From assembly GCA_937889945.1 (NCBI GenBank), contig CALBZC010000010.1:44358-108357 (forward strand): a stretch of DNA of 64,000 nt. The letters are read 5' to 3'. Positions 9,621 through 19,542 of this stretch are shown here, piece after piece. The position numbers and the translations under genes are program-made. Each line of letters starts with the position of its first letter. Within the stretch, counting starts at the first letter, position 1. This DNA is from an uncultured Bacteroidales bacterium (GTDB lineage Bacteria > Bacteroidota > Bacteroidia > Bacteroidales > UBA4417). The notes beneath the pieces are model-generated. The model was not told the DNA's origin. It ran no database searches and was given only the letters and a program-made list of their open reading frames with translations.

Positions 9621-10982
9621 TTATTTATTATTTTGAGCGTCTAATTTAGCAAATTCATCGTAAGTAACAGATGATTCATTTAATTTTACTTTTGATTTTA
9701 TATACTCAGCAACGCGTTGCGAATATAATGTATCAATAATCTGGCGGATTTCGTTTGGTTTTTCCTGAATAAAAGAGTTTGCAATTTCTTCCAAACGTTT
9801 TGCCAAATCCTCAGTCAAAGGCATACTGCGCCATCCTTGCAAGTAATAATCTTTCACTTGGTCGCGTATTTCTTGATCTTCAACTTTTATATCGGCATCT
9901 TTGATAATTTTGTTTTCAATCAGTTGCCATTTCATTCCTTCGGCATATTTATCATAGTCACGATTAATATCTTCATCCGAAAGTTGTTCGTTGGTTTCTT
10001 TGAGCCAACGTTTCATAAAATCATCGGGCAGGCTGATAGCCGTTTTTTCCATAATGGCTTGTTGTGCCTTACCTGAAAAGAGTGCATTGCTTGTAGATTC
10101 AAAAGATTTTTCCAATTCTTCTTTAATCTTGCTTTTTAAGTCTTCTTCCGTTTTTATTCCTGCTTCGGGAAATACTTTATTGTAAAAATCTTCGTTGAGC
10201 TTAGCCGGTTGTAAGTTGGAAATTTCTTTAACCGTGTAGTTAAAGTCTGAATCCATTTTTTCGGCTTCTTCTTTAGATATGCCTAACATAACCGCTACAT
10301 CCACAATGTTGTTTATAGCTTTTACGGGATTAAAAATGATAACGTCGCCGGCTTTGGCGCCTACCATTTTGCCATGTACTTTTTTGTCGCTTATTTTATC
10401 TACTTGTACACGTGCATCTTTTTTTATGCCGTTTTCAAGGACTTTGCCATCAGCATCTAATTGTTCAAATTCTCCTAAAATAATATCTTTTTCTCCCGCA
10501 GCATCCACATTTTCCATTTTTCCTAAGCGTGTGCGCATGTCATCAATATAGCGGTCAACCATTTCGGTATTAGCCGTAATTTTTTGGAATTCAACTTCAA
10601 CAGAGTCATCAAGTTTCAAGTCAAATTCGGGGGCAAAACCTAAATCGAAGTAAAATTCAAAATTCTTTCCTTCTTCCCACTCTTCATTTGGATTTTTTTC
10701 GATGTTAGGTAAAGGTTGTCCCAAAATATCAAGTTTTTCTTCGTGTATGTAGTTGTGCAGTTTATCGGAAACCAATTTGTTAATTTCATCAATCATAATG
10801 GCGCTACCGTATTGCTTTTTTATCATGCCGAAAGGCACATGACCTTTGCGGAACCCCGGAATGTTGGCGCTACGTTGGTAGTCCTTCAATATCTTGTTTA
10901 CATTTTGTTCATAATCCGATGGTGAAACAACCATTTTTACGGTTGCTGTTTGTTCGCCTGTTTTCTCTCTTGTAATATCCAT
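9621..10982 (-). CDS. tig: Trigger factor
   Basis: 453 aa with the ribosome-binding signature [10 protein letters not shown] near the N-terminus. It lies immediately upstream of clpP with a 1-nt gap. Confidence 0.9.
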   Translation of the reverse strand: MDITREKTGEQTATVKMVVSPSDYEQNVNKILKDYQRSANIPGFRKGHVPFGMIKKQYGSAIMIDEINKLVSDKLHNYIHEEKLDILGQPLPNIEKNPNEEWEEGKNFEFYFDLGFAPEFDLKLDDSVEVEFQKITANTEMVDRYIDDMRTRLGKMENVDAAGEKDIILGEFEQLDADGKVLENGIKKDARVQVDKISDKKVHGKMVGAKAGDVIIFNPVKAINNIVDVAVMLGISKEEAEKMDSDFNYTVKEISNLQPAKLNEDFYNKVFPEAGIKTEEDLKSKIKEELEKSFESTSNALFSGKAQQAIMEKTAISLPDDFMKRWLKETNEQLSDEDINRDYDKYAEGMKWQLIENKIIKDADIKVEDQEIRDQVKDYYLQGWRSMPLTEDLAKRLEEIANSFIQEKPNEIRQIIDTLYSQRVAEYIKSKVKLNESSVTYDEFAKLDAQNNK

Positions 10983-11053
10983 TATTAATGAAGGTTGTAT
11001 GTGTTTAAAAATTAATTATATCTGTTTAAAAAAACTGACTGAAAATAAGTTTG

Positions 11054-11061
11054 CAAAGGTA
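11054..11061 (-). promoter_or_regulatory. -7 promoter box for tig-clpP (TACCTTTG on the minus strand)
   Basis: Plus-strand CAAAGGTA equals minus-strand TACCTTTG, 72 nt upstream of the tig start. Confidence 0.35.
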
Positions 11062-11235
11062 AGATTTTTTACTTATTTAATTGCTAAATTACTATAAAAG
11101 TATTTTATTGGGATTTCAAAAGCATACATTAAGATTTGAAGACAAATTTTATACATGAAAGCATGCGTTGACAAGTTTGATAAATAAAAACAAAACAATG
11201 GCAATGCTGTTAAAAATAGATAATTCTTTTAGTTT

Positions 11236-11243
11236 TATATTTG
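11236..11243 (+). promoter_or_regulatory. -7 promoter box (TATATTTG)
   Basis: Match to TAnnTTTG, 10 nt upstream of the ATG at 11254. Confidence 0.3.
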
Positions 11244-11253
11244 CATTATTTTT

Positions 11254-12255
11254 ATGATTATGGATACAAATTCATCTTTGTCAACGCGCAAAGTTACCTT
11301 TAAATCGGTATGGCATGTGTTGGTAACCGCTGTCAATGGTTTTATGGATGACAAAGTTACCAAGCTAAGTGCATCACTGGCTTATGCAACTGTTTTTTCG
11401 CTGGCTCCCTTTTTTATTGTTTTAATTTTTGTAGTAAGTTATTTCTTTGCCAGAGAAGCTGTTGAAGGTCAGGTATATACCCAGCTAAGCACCATTGTTG
11501 GGAGTGACATAGCTTTGCGCATACAAGACATGATTCGCAATGCCGCTATATCTAATAAAAGCGTTTTTAGCACCATATTGGGTGTGGTGGTGGTGTTTGT
11601 CAGTGCCACTTCGGTTTTTGCGGAAATTCAAGATTCATTGAATATCATTTGGGGTATTAAGCCTAAGCCTAAAAAAAGTTGGCTCAAGTTTATCCAAAAT
11701 AGGTTTTTATCTTTTTCCCTGATAGTGAGCATTGGTTTTGTTTTGCTTGTTTCTTTGTCGGTAAATTCTATTATTGATGGTTTTCATCACCGTTTGTCGA
11801 TGTATTTTCCCAATGCAACCGTTAATCTTATTAAAATATCTACTTTTATTACCAATTTTATTGTTACAGGCGGCTTATTTGCATTGATATTTAAAATGCT
11901 GCCTGATGCTAAGATTAAGCTAAAAGATGTGTCCATAGGCGCTTTGGTAACCACATTGCTTTTTTTGGTAGGGAAAGTGGGCATATCTTATTATATTTCC
12001 AATAGCACTATAAACACAACATACGGTGCTGCGGCTTCCATAATTATGTTGTTGGTTTGGGTTTACTATTCCTCATTTATACTTTATTTCGGAGCTGAGT
12101 TTACAAAGGCGTGGGCGTTGGAGTTAGGCGGAAAAATATACCCCGACCAGTACGCGGTTTCTACCAAAATTATAGAAATCCAACAAGACGGACAACCTTT
12201 GGAAGCAATCAATAAAACCGAGTTGGATCATACAAATTCAGACGATAAATCGTGA
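11254..12255 (+). CDS. YihY/BrkB-family integral membrane protein
   Basis: 333 aa. The N-terminus ...FMDDKVTKLSASLAYATVFSLAPFFIV... is followed by about 6 TM segments and ...YYSSFILYFGAEFTKAW, which fits the YihY/virulence factor BrkB family pattern. Confidence 0.8.
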   Translation: MIMDTNSSLSTRKVTFKSVWHVLVTAVNGFMDDKVTKLSASLAYATVFSLAPFFIVLIFVVSYFFAREAVEGQVYTQLSTIVGSDIALRIQDMIRNAAISNKSVFSTILGVVVVFVSATSVFAEIQDSLNIIWGIKPKPKKSWLKFIQNRFLSFSLIVSIGFVLLVSLSVNSIIDGFHHRLSMYFPNATVNLIKISTFITNFIVTGGLFALIFKMLPDAKIKLKDVSIGALVTTLLFLVGKVGISYYISNSTINTTYGAAASIIMLLVWVYYSSFILYFGAEFTKAWALELGGKIYPDQYAVSTKIIEIQQDGQPLEAINKTELDHTNSDDKS

Positions 12256-12264
12256 AAAAACATC

Positions 12265-13080
12265 ATGTCAGATTTTAAATATTACAAAGTTCTTTCTATA
12301 GCCGGAAGCGATTCGGGAGGGGGTGCCGGCATACAAGCCGATATAAAAACAATTTCTGCTTGCGGCTGTTATGCCGCAACAGCTATCACAGCCATCACTG
12401 TACAAAATACAATGGGTGTGCAGGATGTGCATGCTGTTCCCACGCATATTATAAAAGCACAAATAGAAGCTGTGTTGGATGATATAGGCGCCGATGCCGT
12501 TAAAATAGGGATGTTACATACTCCCGAAGTGGTAAAAACCGTAGCTTCGGTACTTGGCAGATATAAAATAAAAAATATAGTTCTTGATCCCGTTATGGTT
12601 GCCACTTCAGGTGATAGCCTTTTGCAGAATGAAGCCATACAAACTTTAATACATGACTTATTGCCGCTTGCGCGCTTAATTACGCCCAATATACCGGAAG
12701 CCGAGCGTTTGTTGGGTAAAAAAATTTCTTCGTATCAGCAAATGCTTGATAATGTGAAACTATTGAGCATGCATGCGGGAGTTTCGGTTTTTTTAAAAGG
12801 TGGGCATTTGGAAGAAAATTCTTTAACCGATATTTTTTATAATGCTGAAAACAATACTGTTATAGAGTTGAACTCAGAGAAGATAAATAGTTTAAATACG
12901 CACGGAACAGGCTGTACGCTCTCTTCAGCATTGGCTGCTTTCCTGGCGAAAGGATTTGCATTAGACGAGGCTGTGCAAGAAGCAAAAAACTATATTCATC
13001 AGGCTATTGTTGCTGGCGCTGATTATAAAATAGGCAACGGACACGGACCTGTGCGTCATTTTTTTAAATATTGGGAATAG
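12265..13080 (+). CDS. thiD: Bifunctional hydroxymethylpyrimidine/phosphomethylpyrimidine kinase
   Basis: 271 aa with VLSIAGSDSGGGAGIQADIKT and the HGTGCTLSSA anion-hole motif, both diagnostic for ThiD. Confidence 0.92.
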   Translation: MSDFKYYKVLSIAGSDSGGGAGIQADIKTISACGCYAATAITAITVQNTMGVQDVHAVPTHIIKAQIEAVLDDIGADAVKIGMLHTPEVVKTVASVLGRYKIKNIVLDPVMVATSGDSLLQNEAIQTLIHDLLPLARLITPNIPEAERLLGKKISSYQQMLDNVKLLSMHAGVSVFLKGGHLEENSLTDIFYNAENNTVIELNSEKINSLNTHGTGCTLSSALAAFLAKGFALDEAVQEAKNYIHQAIVAGADYKIGNGHGPVRHFFKYWE

Positions 13081-13343
13081 GGAAATGTTATATAAAAATA
13101 TTTAAAATATATTAATTTTTATTTGTCTTTATGTTGAAGGGCATGAAGTGTTGCTGTAAAATCAATAATACTCCATCCTTTTCTATTATAAAGAATGGAT
13201 TTTGCAGCTAAATTTTATAATTACAAATCAAAATGAGCAGAATTTTGTTATAACAACAACATTATTTTGAATCACATTTTATAATATACGGTTAACCATT
13301 AACCATACATTTTTATAGATATTAATATTTAAAATTTTTATAT

Positions 13344-15020
13344 ATGAAAATAAAAATACTCCCCTTCATTTTAGCTATAGCAATAATTATATCGTTCGAT
13401 GCTTGTCGCAAAGGATACAAGCCCAGAAAAAGCAATAAGCCGGTTCCTGAAATTACCCAATTAGATACATCTATTGATTCTACCAATGCTTTTAACAAAA
13501 TTTTTATGACAAAAGAAGTTGTAGATAAATACATGGAGGTAGATACATTATGTGAGCGCATGTGCGCTTTTGTAAAAAGCTTTTATAACAGCCGCAACTA
13601 TCAATATGCATGGTTTGCCCCTGAGGGCATGCCGGAGCATACCTTGTCGTTTTGGAATACGATAAAAAACTATGTAAATTATTCAGGCGACACAACCATG
13701 TACACCAAGAAATTTGCAAAGTATATAGACAAGCTTATATTAAAAGAGCCTTTGAAGGTAAAAAACGATTCCATATTCCAGAATTTGGATTTTGAGTTTA
13801 CGCGTATTTTTTATAGATATGCAGATAAGGTGTTTTCTCAATATCCCGGATTTGACCTCAAGTCGTTGGAATGGTATATCCCCAAAAAGCAGCTTACATT
13901 AAAAGAAACTTTAGAAAGGGCTATCAATAAAAAAGAGCGATTTGCTGATGCAAACGCACCTGTTAACAATAAACAGTTTAAGCTTTTGAGAGATGAAGTG
14001 ATAAGGTATAAGAAATTTATGGATCAAGGAGGTTGGAAACCTGTAATTGTGAAAAAAGATTTAAAATTGGGTTATAAGGGAGTAGAAGTGATAGAATTGA
14101 AGAAGCGCCTGAAGGCTGAAGGTTTTCTGGCGGGAGCGGACTCAACTTTCACGGATGTATATGATAATGGGCTTGCAAATGCGGTGAATGCAGCTAAGGA
14201 AGTTTATGGCTATAAGCCTGACGGCATTGCAAATCAGATTTTTATAAAAGACTTAAATATTCCGGTAGAAGAACGTATTCAACAGATTATAGTAAACATA
14301 CAGCGCATGCGTTGGATTCCGTTGGAAACCAATGATAAAGGTCGTGCCGCCATGGTAAACATTCCCGAATTTAAGCTTCATATGTATGATGGAGGCAAAC
14401 CTGTGTGGGATATGAATGTGGTGGTAGGAAAAGAAGGAACTTCCACTACCGTTTTCACCGGTAAAATAAACCAAGTGGTGTTTAACCCTTATTGGAATAT
14501 ACCCCCAAGCATTGTCAAAAAGGAAATTATGCCCAACATGAGCGATGAATATCTTGCCAGAAATCATTACGAAGTAGTGGGACAAGAAGACGGATTACCC
14601 GTAATAAGACAAACTCCCGGCGACTGGAACTCGCTGGGTAGGGTTAAGTTTTTGTTTCCTAATAGTTATAATATTTATTTTCACGATACACCTTCAAAAA
14701 GCTTGTTTCAAAGAGATAAAAGAAGTTTTAGCCATGGATGTATAAGGTTGAGTGAGCCTTTTAAGTTTGCAAAATATGTCCTCAACAACCCCGAGTGGGA
14801 CGATGAAAAAATAAAGCAAATGCTGGCAACGACAGAAGAAAAATTTATAAGCCTCAAAACGCCCATACCTGTGTTAATTACTTATTTTACGTCATGGGTA
14901 AATAGGAATGGTGGTACTATACATTTCAGAGAAGATATTTATGGCTACGATGAGGCGTATGCAAAAAAGTTGTTTAAAAATCCTGTAAAAACAACTAAAC
15001 CCACAGTGACCGGGAAGTAG
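13344..15020 (+). CDS. L,D-transpeptidase, YcbB/LdtD-like (lipoprotein signal, PG-binding domain, YkuD domain), paralog 1
   Basis: 558 aa. It has a signal or lipobox-like N-terminus (...ISFDAC), a PG_binding_1-like segment (ELKKRLKAEGF) and the YkuD catalytic motif SFSHGCIRL. Confidence 0.85.
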   Translation: MKIKILPFILAIAIIISFDACRKGYKPRKSNKPVPEITQLDTSIDSTNAFNKIFMTKEVVDKYMEVDTLCERMCAFVKSFYNSRNYQYAWFAPEGMPEHTLSFWNTIKNYVNYSGDTTMYTKKFAKYIDKLILKEPLKVKNDSIFQNLDFEFTRIFYRYADKVFSQYPGFDLKSLEWYIPKKQLTLKETLERAINKKERFADANAPVNNKQFKLLRDEVIRYKKFMDQGGWKPVIVKKDLKLGYKGVEVIELKKRLKAEGFLAGADSTFTDVYDNGLANAVNAAKEVYGYKPDGIANQIFIKDLNIPVEERIQQIIVNIQRMRWIPLETNDKGRAAMVNIPEFKLHMYDGGKPVWDMNVVVGKEGTSTTVFTGKINQVVFNPYWNIPPSIVKKEIMPNMSDEYLARNHYEVVGQEDGLPVIRQTPGDWNSLGRVKFLFPNSYNIYFHDTPSKSLFQRDKRSFSHGCIRLSEPFKFAKYVLNNPEWDDEKIKQMLATTEEKFISLKTPIPVLITYFTSWVNRNGGTIHFREDIYGYDEAYAKKLFKNPVKTTKPTVTGK

Positions 15021-15165
15021 CGACTGTATATAATATGTAATTTTTTTGGATGTGTACAGCCCTGTTTCTGCCGGAATATTTTTTGATGTCTGTTTGTCAT
15101 TCTAAAGCTTAACGTTAACATTTTATAATGATGCGTAGGGGATTTTTTGTTCTTCTAATTTTCCT

Positions 15166-15173
15166 TACCTTTG
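15166..15173 (+). promoter_or_regulatory. -7 promoter box for clpX (TACCTTTG)
   Basis: Match to TAnnTTTG, 24 nt upstream of the clpX ATG. A TTTG at 15146..15149 could serve as the -33 element. Confidence 0.4.
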
Positions 15174-15197
15174 TAGCCTTAAAATAATAGCATAAAA

Positions 15198-16436
15198 ATG
15201 GCAAAAAACGAAGAACGTTGTTCCTTTTGTGGTCGTACTAAAAAAGAAGCTAATGTATTGATAGCAGGGGTAGAAGGACACATATGTGATTATTGCGTGG
15301 AGCAGGCGAGAGAGATTATAAGAGAAGAAATCAGTTTTAGTAAAAAGTCAGGACAGGTTTTATCTAAGGTTCCCAAGCCCCAAGAGATAAAAACATATTT
15401 AGATAAGTATGTAATAGGGCAGGACGATGCAAAACGTGTATTGGCTGTAGCCGTTTACAATCATTATAAACGTTTAAATCATGCACAATCTCGTCTTGAT
15501 GAAGATGTAGAGATTGACAAATCAAACATTATACTTGTTGGCGAAACCGGAACGGGAAAAACCTTACTTGCGCGCACTATTGCCAAGCTATTGGATGTTC
15601 CTTTTTGTATTGCTGATGCCACCGTACTCACCGAGGCCGGATATGTGGGCGAAGATGTAGAAAGTATTTTATCTCGCCTGCTTCAGGCTGCCGACTATAA
15701 TGTGCAAGCTGCGGAGCGTGGAATTATATTTATTGATGAAATCGATAAAATTGCACGCAAAAGCGACAACCCTTCTATCACACGTGATGTTTCGGGCGAA
15801 GGAGTCCAACAAGCCTTGTTAAAATTGTTAGAAGGTGCGGAGGTTAACGTTCCACCTCAAGGAGGGCGTAAACATCCGGAACAGAAGATGATTTTAGTGA
15901 ATACCCGCAATATCCTGTTTATTTCAGGAGGTGCTTTTGACGGCATCGACAAGAAAATAGCAGCCCGCGTGCATACCAATATTATTGGATACAAGAAGGA
16001 TAAAGATGATGAGCAAATTGACCGTGAAAACTTGTTGCAATATGTTGCTCCACAGGATTTAAAGAGTTTTGGGCTTATTCCTGAACTTGTAGGTCGGTTG
16101 CCTGTGGTAACTTACCTGAATCCGTTAGACAGGGATATTTTGCTGCGTATTTTAACCGAGCCGCAAAACGCTTTGATAAAACAATTTGTTAAGCTTTTTG
16201 AGATGGATAACGTGGAGTTGATTTTCAAAAACGAAGCTTATGAATATATTGTAGATAAAGCTATAGAATTTAAAACGGGTGCCCGTGGCTTACGTTCTAT
16301 CTTGGAAGCAATACTTACGGATGCGATGTTTGAACTGCCCGGAAATGCGGCTAAGCAGGCTAAATTAGTAATAGATAAAGCCTACGCTGAACAAAAGTTG
16401 AAGAAAACCAATTTGTCACGTTTAAAAGTGGCATAA
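15198..16436 (+). CDS. clpX: ATP-dependent Clp protease ATP-binding subunit ClpX
   Basis: 412 aa with the N-terminal zinc ribbon CSFCGR...CDYC, Walker A GETGTGKT, Walker [10 protein letters not shown] and the GARGLR sensor motif. Confidence 0.96.
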   Translation: MAKNEERCSFCGRTKKEANVLIAGVEGHICDYCVEQAREIIREEISFSKKSGQVLSKVPKPQEIKTYLDKYVIGQDDAKRVLAVAVYNHYKRLNHAQSRLDEDVEIDKSNIILVGETGTGKTLLARTIAKLLDVPFCIADATVLTEAGYVGEDVESILSRLLQAADYNVQAAERGIIFIDEIDKIARKSDNPSITRDVSGEGVQQALLKLLEGAEVNVPPQGGRKHPEQKMILVNTRNILFISGGAFDGIDKKIAARVHTNIIGYKKDKDDEQIDRENLLQYVAPQDLKSFGLIPELVGRLPVVTYLNPLDRDILLRILTEPQNALIKQFVKLFEMDNVELIFKNEAYEYIVDKAIEFKTGARGLRSILEAILTDAMFELPGNAAKQAKLVIDKAYAEQKLKKTNLSRLKVA

Positions 16437-16477
16437 ACACTTGCATAAACGGCATAGTTATTGTCCAAATTATAGGT

Positions 16478-17083
16478 ATGACAACTAAAATTAAGATATT
16501 TATTTTTTGTTTGTTATTTACCATTTCTTTTGCAGCTAAAGCACAAGTGCTGAATCCCAAAACTGACAAAGGATGGCTGTGTTCTACCATTGTTTACTAT
16601 GGAGATACTATTCCGGTGGTCTATATAACCGGTGTTACGGTTTACGGTACACCCAGCACGCCTGATTCTCCACGCGGACGTGAATGGTACAGGCTGGTTT
16701 ATAACGTTAAAAAAGTATATCCTTATGCCAAGATTGCAGGTAAAAAATTTAACGAATATTCTTCACTGCTTGCAAATGTAAAAAATAATAGCCAAAGGAA
16801 AGCATTAATGAAAGGTGCTGAGGCTGAAATAGAAAGAAAATTTGGGAAAGAACTACGAGATTTAACTTTTACGCAAGGAAGAATTTTGCTCAAACTTATA
16901 GACAGGGAAACAAACACCACATCCTATGATATCCTCAAAGAATTCAGGGGAACTTTCAGGGCATTTTTCTATCAAACGTTTGCCCGTTTTTTTGGCTATA
17001 ATCTCAAGTCGCAATACCATGCGGCGCAGGAAGATGCCGATATTGAGCTGATTGTACTAATGATTGAAAGTGGATCTATCTAA
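16478..17083 (+). CDS. Secreted hypothetical protein (DUF4294-like)
   Basis: 201 aa with a signal peptide. The segment ...YRLVYNVKKVYPYAKIA... resembles what I recall of the Bacteroidota DUF4294 family. This is from memory only. Confidence 0.4.
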   Translation: MTTKIKIFIFCLLFTISFAAKAQVLNPKTDKGWLCSTIVYYGDTIPVVYITGVTVYGTPSTPDSPRGREWYRLVYNVKKVYPYAKIAGKKFNEYSSLLANVKNNSQRKALMKGAEAEIERKFGKELRDLTFTQGRILLKLIDRETNTTSYDILKEFRGTFRAFFYQTFARFFGYNLKSQYHAAQEDADIELIVLMIESGSI

Positions 17084-17937
17084 GAAACAAAAGTTTCCGC
17101 TAATTTTTTCTTGATTTGAATTGTGGCAGAAAGGATTTCTTCATCCACGCAGTTGTATTTTGTATGCAGATAATTATTACCCATACTGTTTATAAAATCC
17201 GTAATTTCTTGGTTCAGATTATTAAATTTTTCGCCATGCAATGTATTGCCTGCTTTTTGTTGGAAGTTGTTTTCTTTAAATTCAAGCAAATCCAATACAT
17301 CATATCCTTGAGGATAATAGATAGAAAGCTTATGCAGCGGTTGTGTTGTAATGGTGTTTAAGTTTATATCGGCTACGCATCCGTTGCTGAATTCAAGTTG
17401 TATGGCTGCTACCTGATTTCCGCTGCTTAGGGTATTCATGCCTATAGAATGTATTTTGCGGATATTTGCTCTGGCAAGCTTTATGGCAATGCCAATATTG
17501 GCAAATAATAAACTGTTGATGCTTTTGCTTTTGTCGTGTTGTTGTATCTCTACGTATTTAGGTAATAATTGGTGTTGTTCGGTCCAATGTTTTATGGGGT
17601 ATAAACTACTTGTATTTGCTATACGGAAAGCTACATCAGCTTCGTTTGCGGTGTTGCTTAGATACTGAAAATCTTCCACCGAAAGGCTGAAAAAATTATC
17701 CAAAAAAACATGTTTGAAATTTTTCAGGATATAAGTAATACTGTTTTTTCCTGCAGGCGAAACAATGCATATTATATCAGAAGTTTTCAGTACTTCATCT
17801 AACAAGCATGTGTCTGATAAAGGTTCAAGCGGCATGCTTGTTATTCCCGCAAGTATAACATTGGGCAGCGTGTTTATAATTTTGCTGTATTCTGTTATTA
17901 GCGCTTTATCATTACCGATGATTCCTATTTTTAGCAT
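17080..17937 (-). CDS. Hypothetical protein with a degenerate Gfo/Idh/MocA-like Rossmann N-terminus
   Basis: The ATG at 17937 gives MLKIGIIGNDK...; the tracked start at 17958 is TTG. There is no intact GxGxxG motif and the function is unknown. It overlaps the convergent DUF4294 gene by 4 nt. Confidence 0.4.
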   Translation of the reverse strand: MLKIGIIGNDKALITEYSKIINTLPNVILAGITSMPLEPLSDTCLLDEVLKTSDIICIVSPAGKNSITYILKNFKHVFLDNFFSLSVEDFQYLSNTANEADVAFRIANTSSLYPIKHWTEQHQLLPKYVEIQQHDKSKSINSLLFANIGIAIKLARANIRKIHSIGMNTLSSGNQVAAIQLEFSNGCVADINLNTITTQPLHKLSIYYPQGYDVLDLLEFKENNFQQKAGNTLHGEKFNNLNQEITDFINSMGNNYLHTKYNCVDEEILSATIQIKKKLAETFVS

Positions 17938-18026
17938 GTGCCTTTTTTGTTTGCCCAAAAATAGATAAATCGGAGAAGGTTTAATAAGTCTGCATTATCA
18001 AATTAATAACAAAATAATTAACATAT

Positions 18027-19451
18027 TCACTTGCGCTTTGCCATATTTTTATTTTTTTCTCTTTCTATAATAAGCGTTTTAATTTTATCGGGAGGTATTT
18101 GTTTGCCAATAATTTGTTTTTTATCGTCAAAAATATAAATAGTAGGAGTGGTGATTACGTTATAAAGTTTGAAATAGTTCCCTTGAACCGGTTTGCGACC
18201 GAAAACATTAATCCAAGGTTTAGGGTTGCGTTTTAGGTAAGAAGTCCATTGATTATAAGATGTATCTGTACTTACGGAGAATATTTCCATATTGTATGGG
18301 GTGTGTAGTTCCTTATAAAGTTTATCAAATTCGGGTATCTCGTGCCTGCAATGGCTACACCGTGTTGACCAAAAAAGAAGAACGGTATATTTTGCGTCCA
18401 CATTAAGTAAATCATGCGTGTTGCCTTGCATATCTTTCAGCATAAGTTGACGTGCCGGTTGCCCAATAAGCAAAGGTTTCATTACCTTTATTTTATTTTC
18501 AATCAGAGGCTGCATGGACGGAAATAACAATTTTATCTTTTTTGATTTAATGTAATAATCATAAATATAAACATATAATGCGTCTAATCCCCAAAATTTA
18601 GGTTGCTCAAATTTATTGAGCAGATACCATGCCATATAGGCTTGCAAATCAGGCTCCCGAGCGGATAGTAACAACAGCTTGTCGATTTCCGGTTTCAAGG
18701 ATTCAATGCTTTGTATGCAGAGTGTGTCCAAGTAGAAATCTGTTTTTTGGGTAAATAACTTGGTGTTAATAATGCGAATATCGTCAAACGGGAAATTGTC
18801 CAGATATTGTGATTTATAAATAGGATTAACGCTTGTTGAATCAGGTATTTTGTTACTATTGTTATAAACTCTGTATAATGGATCGATAGAGAGTTTTATA
18901 AATTTAGCGGCAAGCAGATGCTTGTTTTTAGCAAATATTTTATTGTACTTTTTTAATGCATGGCTGTTGTATTCAGTAATACCATCCAGGTATTTATTCA
19001 AATACATCATATTGTCAGGATTTTGCTTGTACATTTTTTCCGCATCGTCAAGTTTGTTTTTGGCGGCTTGCACCTCACGCCGGAAATCAAAATACAGATT
19101 GTTTTCCATGGAGTTTACTGCACGTAATGATTCCGTGGGATGTTGCATATCAACGTTTATCTCTGTTTCTTTATTTGAAGTAATAAAAAAATCAAAAATC
19201 ACTTCGTTTTTGCCGTTTACAATGGCATACATACCTTCAGGTATTTCTTCATCATCAATAAAAACAAAGCGATTGTCGGCTATTTTGGTGGTATCGTCGA
19301 TACTAATTTGTTGTTCGTAAACGTGTGCCAGATAAAGAACCGAATCTATGGTATTTTTAGTATTCAGTGTTATTTTATAGCCTTGTGCTTGAGCTATAAC
19401 AGGTAAAAAAAATGTGAAAAAAATAATGATACGAGTAAAAAACCTTAGCAT
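18027..19451 (-). CDS. TlpA-like thiol:disulfide oxidoreductase with a large N-terminal domain (secreted)
   Basis: 474 aa with a signal peptide. The C-terminal thioredoxin fold carries an active-site CxxC in LLFWSTRCSHCRHE. Confidence 0.7.
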   Translation of the reverse strand: MLRFFTRIIIFFTFFLPVIAQAQGYKITLNTKNTIDSVLYLAHVYEQQISIDDTTKIADNRFVFIDDEEIPEGMYAIVNGKNEVIFDFFITSNKETEINVDMQHPTESLRAVNSMENNLYFDFRREVQAAKNKLDDAEKMYKQNPDNMMYLNKYLDGITEYNSHALKKYNKIFAKNKHLLAAKFIKLSIDPLYRVYNNSNKIPDSTSVNPIYKSQYLDNFPFDDIRIINTKLFTQKTDFYLDTLCIQSIESLKPEIDKLLLLSAREPDLQAYMAWYLLNKFEQPKFWGLDALYVYIYDYYIKSKKIKLLFPSMQPLIENKIKVMKPLLIGQPARQLMLKDMQGNTHDLLNVDAKYTVLLFWSTRCSHCRHEIPEFDKLYKELHTPYNMEIFSVSTDTSYNQWTSYLKRNPKPWINVFGRKPVQGNYFKLYNVITTPTIYIFDDKKQIIGKQIPPDKIKTLIIEREKNKNMAKRK

Positions 19452-19542
19452 AATTATATATGTATAAAACAGATAAGATATACAAATACAAAGCCAAGGC
19501 GTTAATTGTGCTTATTAAAATTTGTTAAGTTTAAAGTGAAAA

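Noticed and set aside
13131-13211. A 26-codon Cys-rich micro-ORF (MLKGMKCCCKINNTPSFSIIKNGFCS) downstream of thiD.
   Set aside because: There is no supporting promoter box or conservation evidence. Its 3' part coincides with an imperfect hairpin (13172..13199) that more likely serves as the thiD terminator. It cannot be distinguished from chance.
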